Notes under the pieces: generated by a model
Seen by the model: only the letters and a program-made list of their open reading frames with translations
The model's database searches: none
Told to the model about the DNA's origin: nothing
Origin: Octopus sinensis
Lineage: Eukaryota
Direction of reading: 5' to 3'
Assembly (NCBI RefSeq): GCF_006345805.1
Contig: NW_021830031.1
Coordinates: forward strand, 186,001-250,000
Length of the DNA: 64,000 nucleotides
Part shown: piece by piece, positions 61,620 through 64,000 of the stretch
Layout: each line of letters opens with the position of its first letter
How positions within the stretch are numbered: position 1 is the first letter of the stretch
Position numbers and translations under genes: made by a program

Positions 61620-62945
61620 TTGCGAAACGGCTGTAACCCTATAGAAGTCACGTGGTTTGTTGTGATGCTCTTATGGTTACTGTATTGAAAGTGTTTTGCG
61701 TAGGATGTGTGCAGTGCCCAGTAGTGCAATTTTGGTGTTTTTGTTGAGTATTTGTCTGAATATTTTTTTATCATACCTAATGCGCTTACTATGACAGGAA
61801 TTGTTTCTGTTTTTAAATACCACATTTGAGTTACCTCTATTTCCAGCTCTTTGTATTTTGATAATTTCTCCATTTCTTTTAGAGAAACGTTGTCATCTAC
61901 TGGTATTGATACATCAGTTAGAAAGCATTTTTTTTCTTCGTGACTCTGACAACTATATCTGGCCTATTGGCCTTAATTTCTCTATCTGTGTGTATTGGCA
62001 TATCCCATAGTATGGTTGCTTTCTCGTTTTCTGTGACCTTTTCTGGCGTGTGCTTATACCATCTTTCTTCTGTTGTCATTCCATAGTGTTGTCATAGCTT
62101 CCAGTGTATGTAGGCCCAAACTCTATCGTGTCTGTGAATATATTCCTTCTTAGCCAGGACTGGGCAGCCAGAGATAATATGATTTATTGTTTCTTGTCCA
62201 TCTCCACATATTCTGTAGTTAGTCGTTATGTTTCTTTTCATGTTTTTCGTAATTTCTGGTGGGGAAGCTTTGGTCTTGTGCTGCAATTAAAAATCCTTCA
62301 GTCTCTGCTTTGAGTCCTGAGCTTCTCAACCATTGCTGGGATTTTTCTCTGTCTATCTCTTTTGCGTTTAGTTTAGCCCAGTATTTGCCATGAAGGGGCT
62401 TTTCTTGCCATCGTTTTATCAAGGTCCATTGCTATTCTAGTTTTAGTTTGGATTTCATTTGTTTTATAGCTTTTGTTTCTTCTTCTTCTTCTTCTTCTTC
62501 TTCTTCTTCTTCTTCTTCTTCTTCTTCTTCTTCTTCTTCTTCTTCTTCTTCTTCTTCTTCTTCTTCTTCTTCTTCTTCTTCTTCTTCTTCTTCTTCATAT
62601 TTGTTAGGTTGTATGACTTCTTGTTTGTATTTGTCAGCTTCCTTAAATACTGAAAACAGCTATTTGTGTTGCTCGTGTTTTGTGGCTATTTGTATTAGTT
62701 TTCCTTGCTTTTGAAGTAGATATTTTTGCAGTCCTATGGTGATTATTTTATAATAGTTTCCCAGCTATATAAGGCCTCTACCACCTTCTATACGTTGTGT
62801 ATATAGCCTTTCTATGTCACATTTTGGGTGGTGCATCCCAGATCCTGTCATTATTTTTCTTGTTTTCCTGTCTATTTAGGTTAGTTCATTTAGTGTCCAG
62901 TTAAGGATATTGTAGCTGTAACTTATATAGAGCAGCGGACAATTT
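61620..62945 (-). mobile_element. Degenerate Dong/R4-type LINE fragment containing (GAA)~40
   Basis: RWQEKPLHGKY, LKAETEGFLIAAQDQ, CRIC..ETINHIISGC, EKLSKYKEL, IPVIVSALG. Confidence 0.88.
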
Positions 62946-63389
62946 ACCTTCCCGTATTTGAAACCGTTCTTTACATTCTGTGTTCGAATCCTACCGAGGT
63001 CAGTTTTATCTTTTGTCCTTCAAAGGTCGATAAAATAAAGTACCAATCAATTACCAGTCGATGGTATCGACTAAATCTATACCTTTCAAAATTGCTGGCT
63101 TTGACCCTGAATCAGACGTTAGTATTAAGGGAGCCCAGGGTACCATAGGAGAAAAGACACCTTCTAACTATTTACGCCTTTGTATGTTTCGTGTTCGAAT
63201 CTCACCGATGTTGAACTGCGCATTTTCTATATATCAGGGTTTCGTTATAATAAAACATCAATCAAATATTGGCGGGAGTCGATTTCATAGTTCTATAAAA
63301 AAACACCTTGGATGTGAATGGAATTATAATTAGATGCAGATTCCTGGCTTTGCATTGAATGTTGGAATTCTTTCCCCTCCTCCTACCCC

Positions 63390-63573
63390 CTTCTTTCTCC
63401 CTGTCTTTCTTCTTCTTCTTCTTCTTCTTCTTCTTCTTCTTCTTCTTCTTCTTCTTCTTCTTCTTCTTCTTCTCATAACGATCATTATTGCCGACGCCAT
63501 CGTCATCGTCGCTGTTGCCGCTGCCGCTGTCACTCGCCGGTTGTTATTGTTATTGTGGTGGTGGTGGAGGTGG

Positions 63574-63619
<46 letters not shown>

Positions 63620-63780
63620 TATCATCATCATCATCATCATCATCAATGTCATCATTATGGTGATTTGGTGGTGATGGTATTGGTGGTCGACGGCGTCGTC
63701 GTCGTCGTCATCATCATCATCATCATCATCATCATCACCATCACCATCACCATCATCGCCATCGTCGTCGACGTTTTCGT
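63390..63780. repeat. Compound trinucleotide array (TTC)n/(CAT)n/(GTC)n/(GGT)n
   Basis: Seen directly in the sequence. Confidence 0.95.
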
Positions 63781-64000
63781 CCTTGGTCATCGTCTTCAAG
63801 CAGGTTTCGTGAGATGTTCGCAATGGCTAACGAGATTTGACAAGGTGAGTAACAATTGAATTATGGAACTACTACATAAAACGAATAACGCAACATGTCA
63901 GTTTATGCTGTGAACTATAATGGAGAAGCAATTAAATTAAGACTAACATTATTAGCATCTCTAGGCTTAATGACGTCACCATTGCTCGTCATCTGACATG

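Overview
Eukaryotic, repeat-dense DNA. The SINE and microsatellite content points to a coleoid cephalopod, probably Octopus (inference). There are two convergent spliced genes. On the + strand are the last 10 coding exons of CHAF1A (CAF-1 p150; 910-24025, 783 aa visible, N-terminus outside the window). On the - strand is a complete 9-coding-exon SNAPC3 (44925-28738, 388 aa). I checked GT-AG sites and phases by hand for both. The rest is tRNA-derived SINEs, truncated LINEs (Dong/R4-type RLE, RTE, CR1, Tx1/L1), a mariner remnant, piggyBac-, mariner- and 8-bp-TSD MITEs, Helitron/Helentron derivatives and microsatellites. No protein gene is supportable in 46-64 kb. Most interesting: (i) a SINE-like family joining a tRNA-type Pol III head to a minimal hammerhead-ribozyme motif, plus three other minimal hammerhead-like motifs; (ii) a long CHAF1A C-terminal extension with twin PIP-like motifs and a SIM-like motif; (iii) a microsatellite-bounded perfect 477-bp triplication; (iv) nested inverted duplications of an RLE-LINE fragment. 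Exon coordinates are exact; transposon ends are approximate unless a TSD is given.
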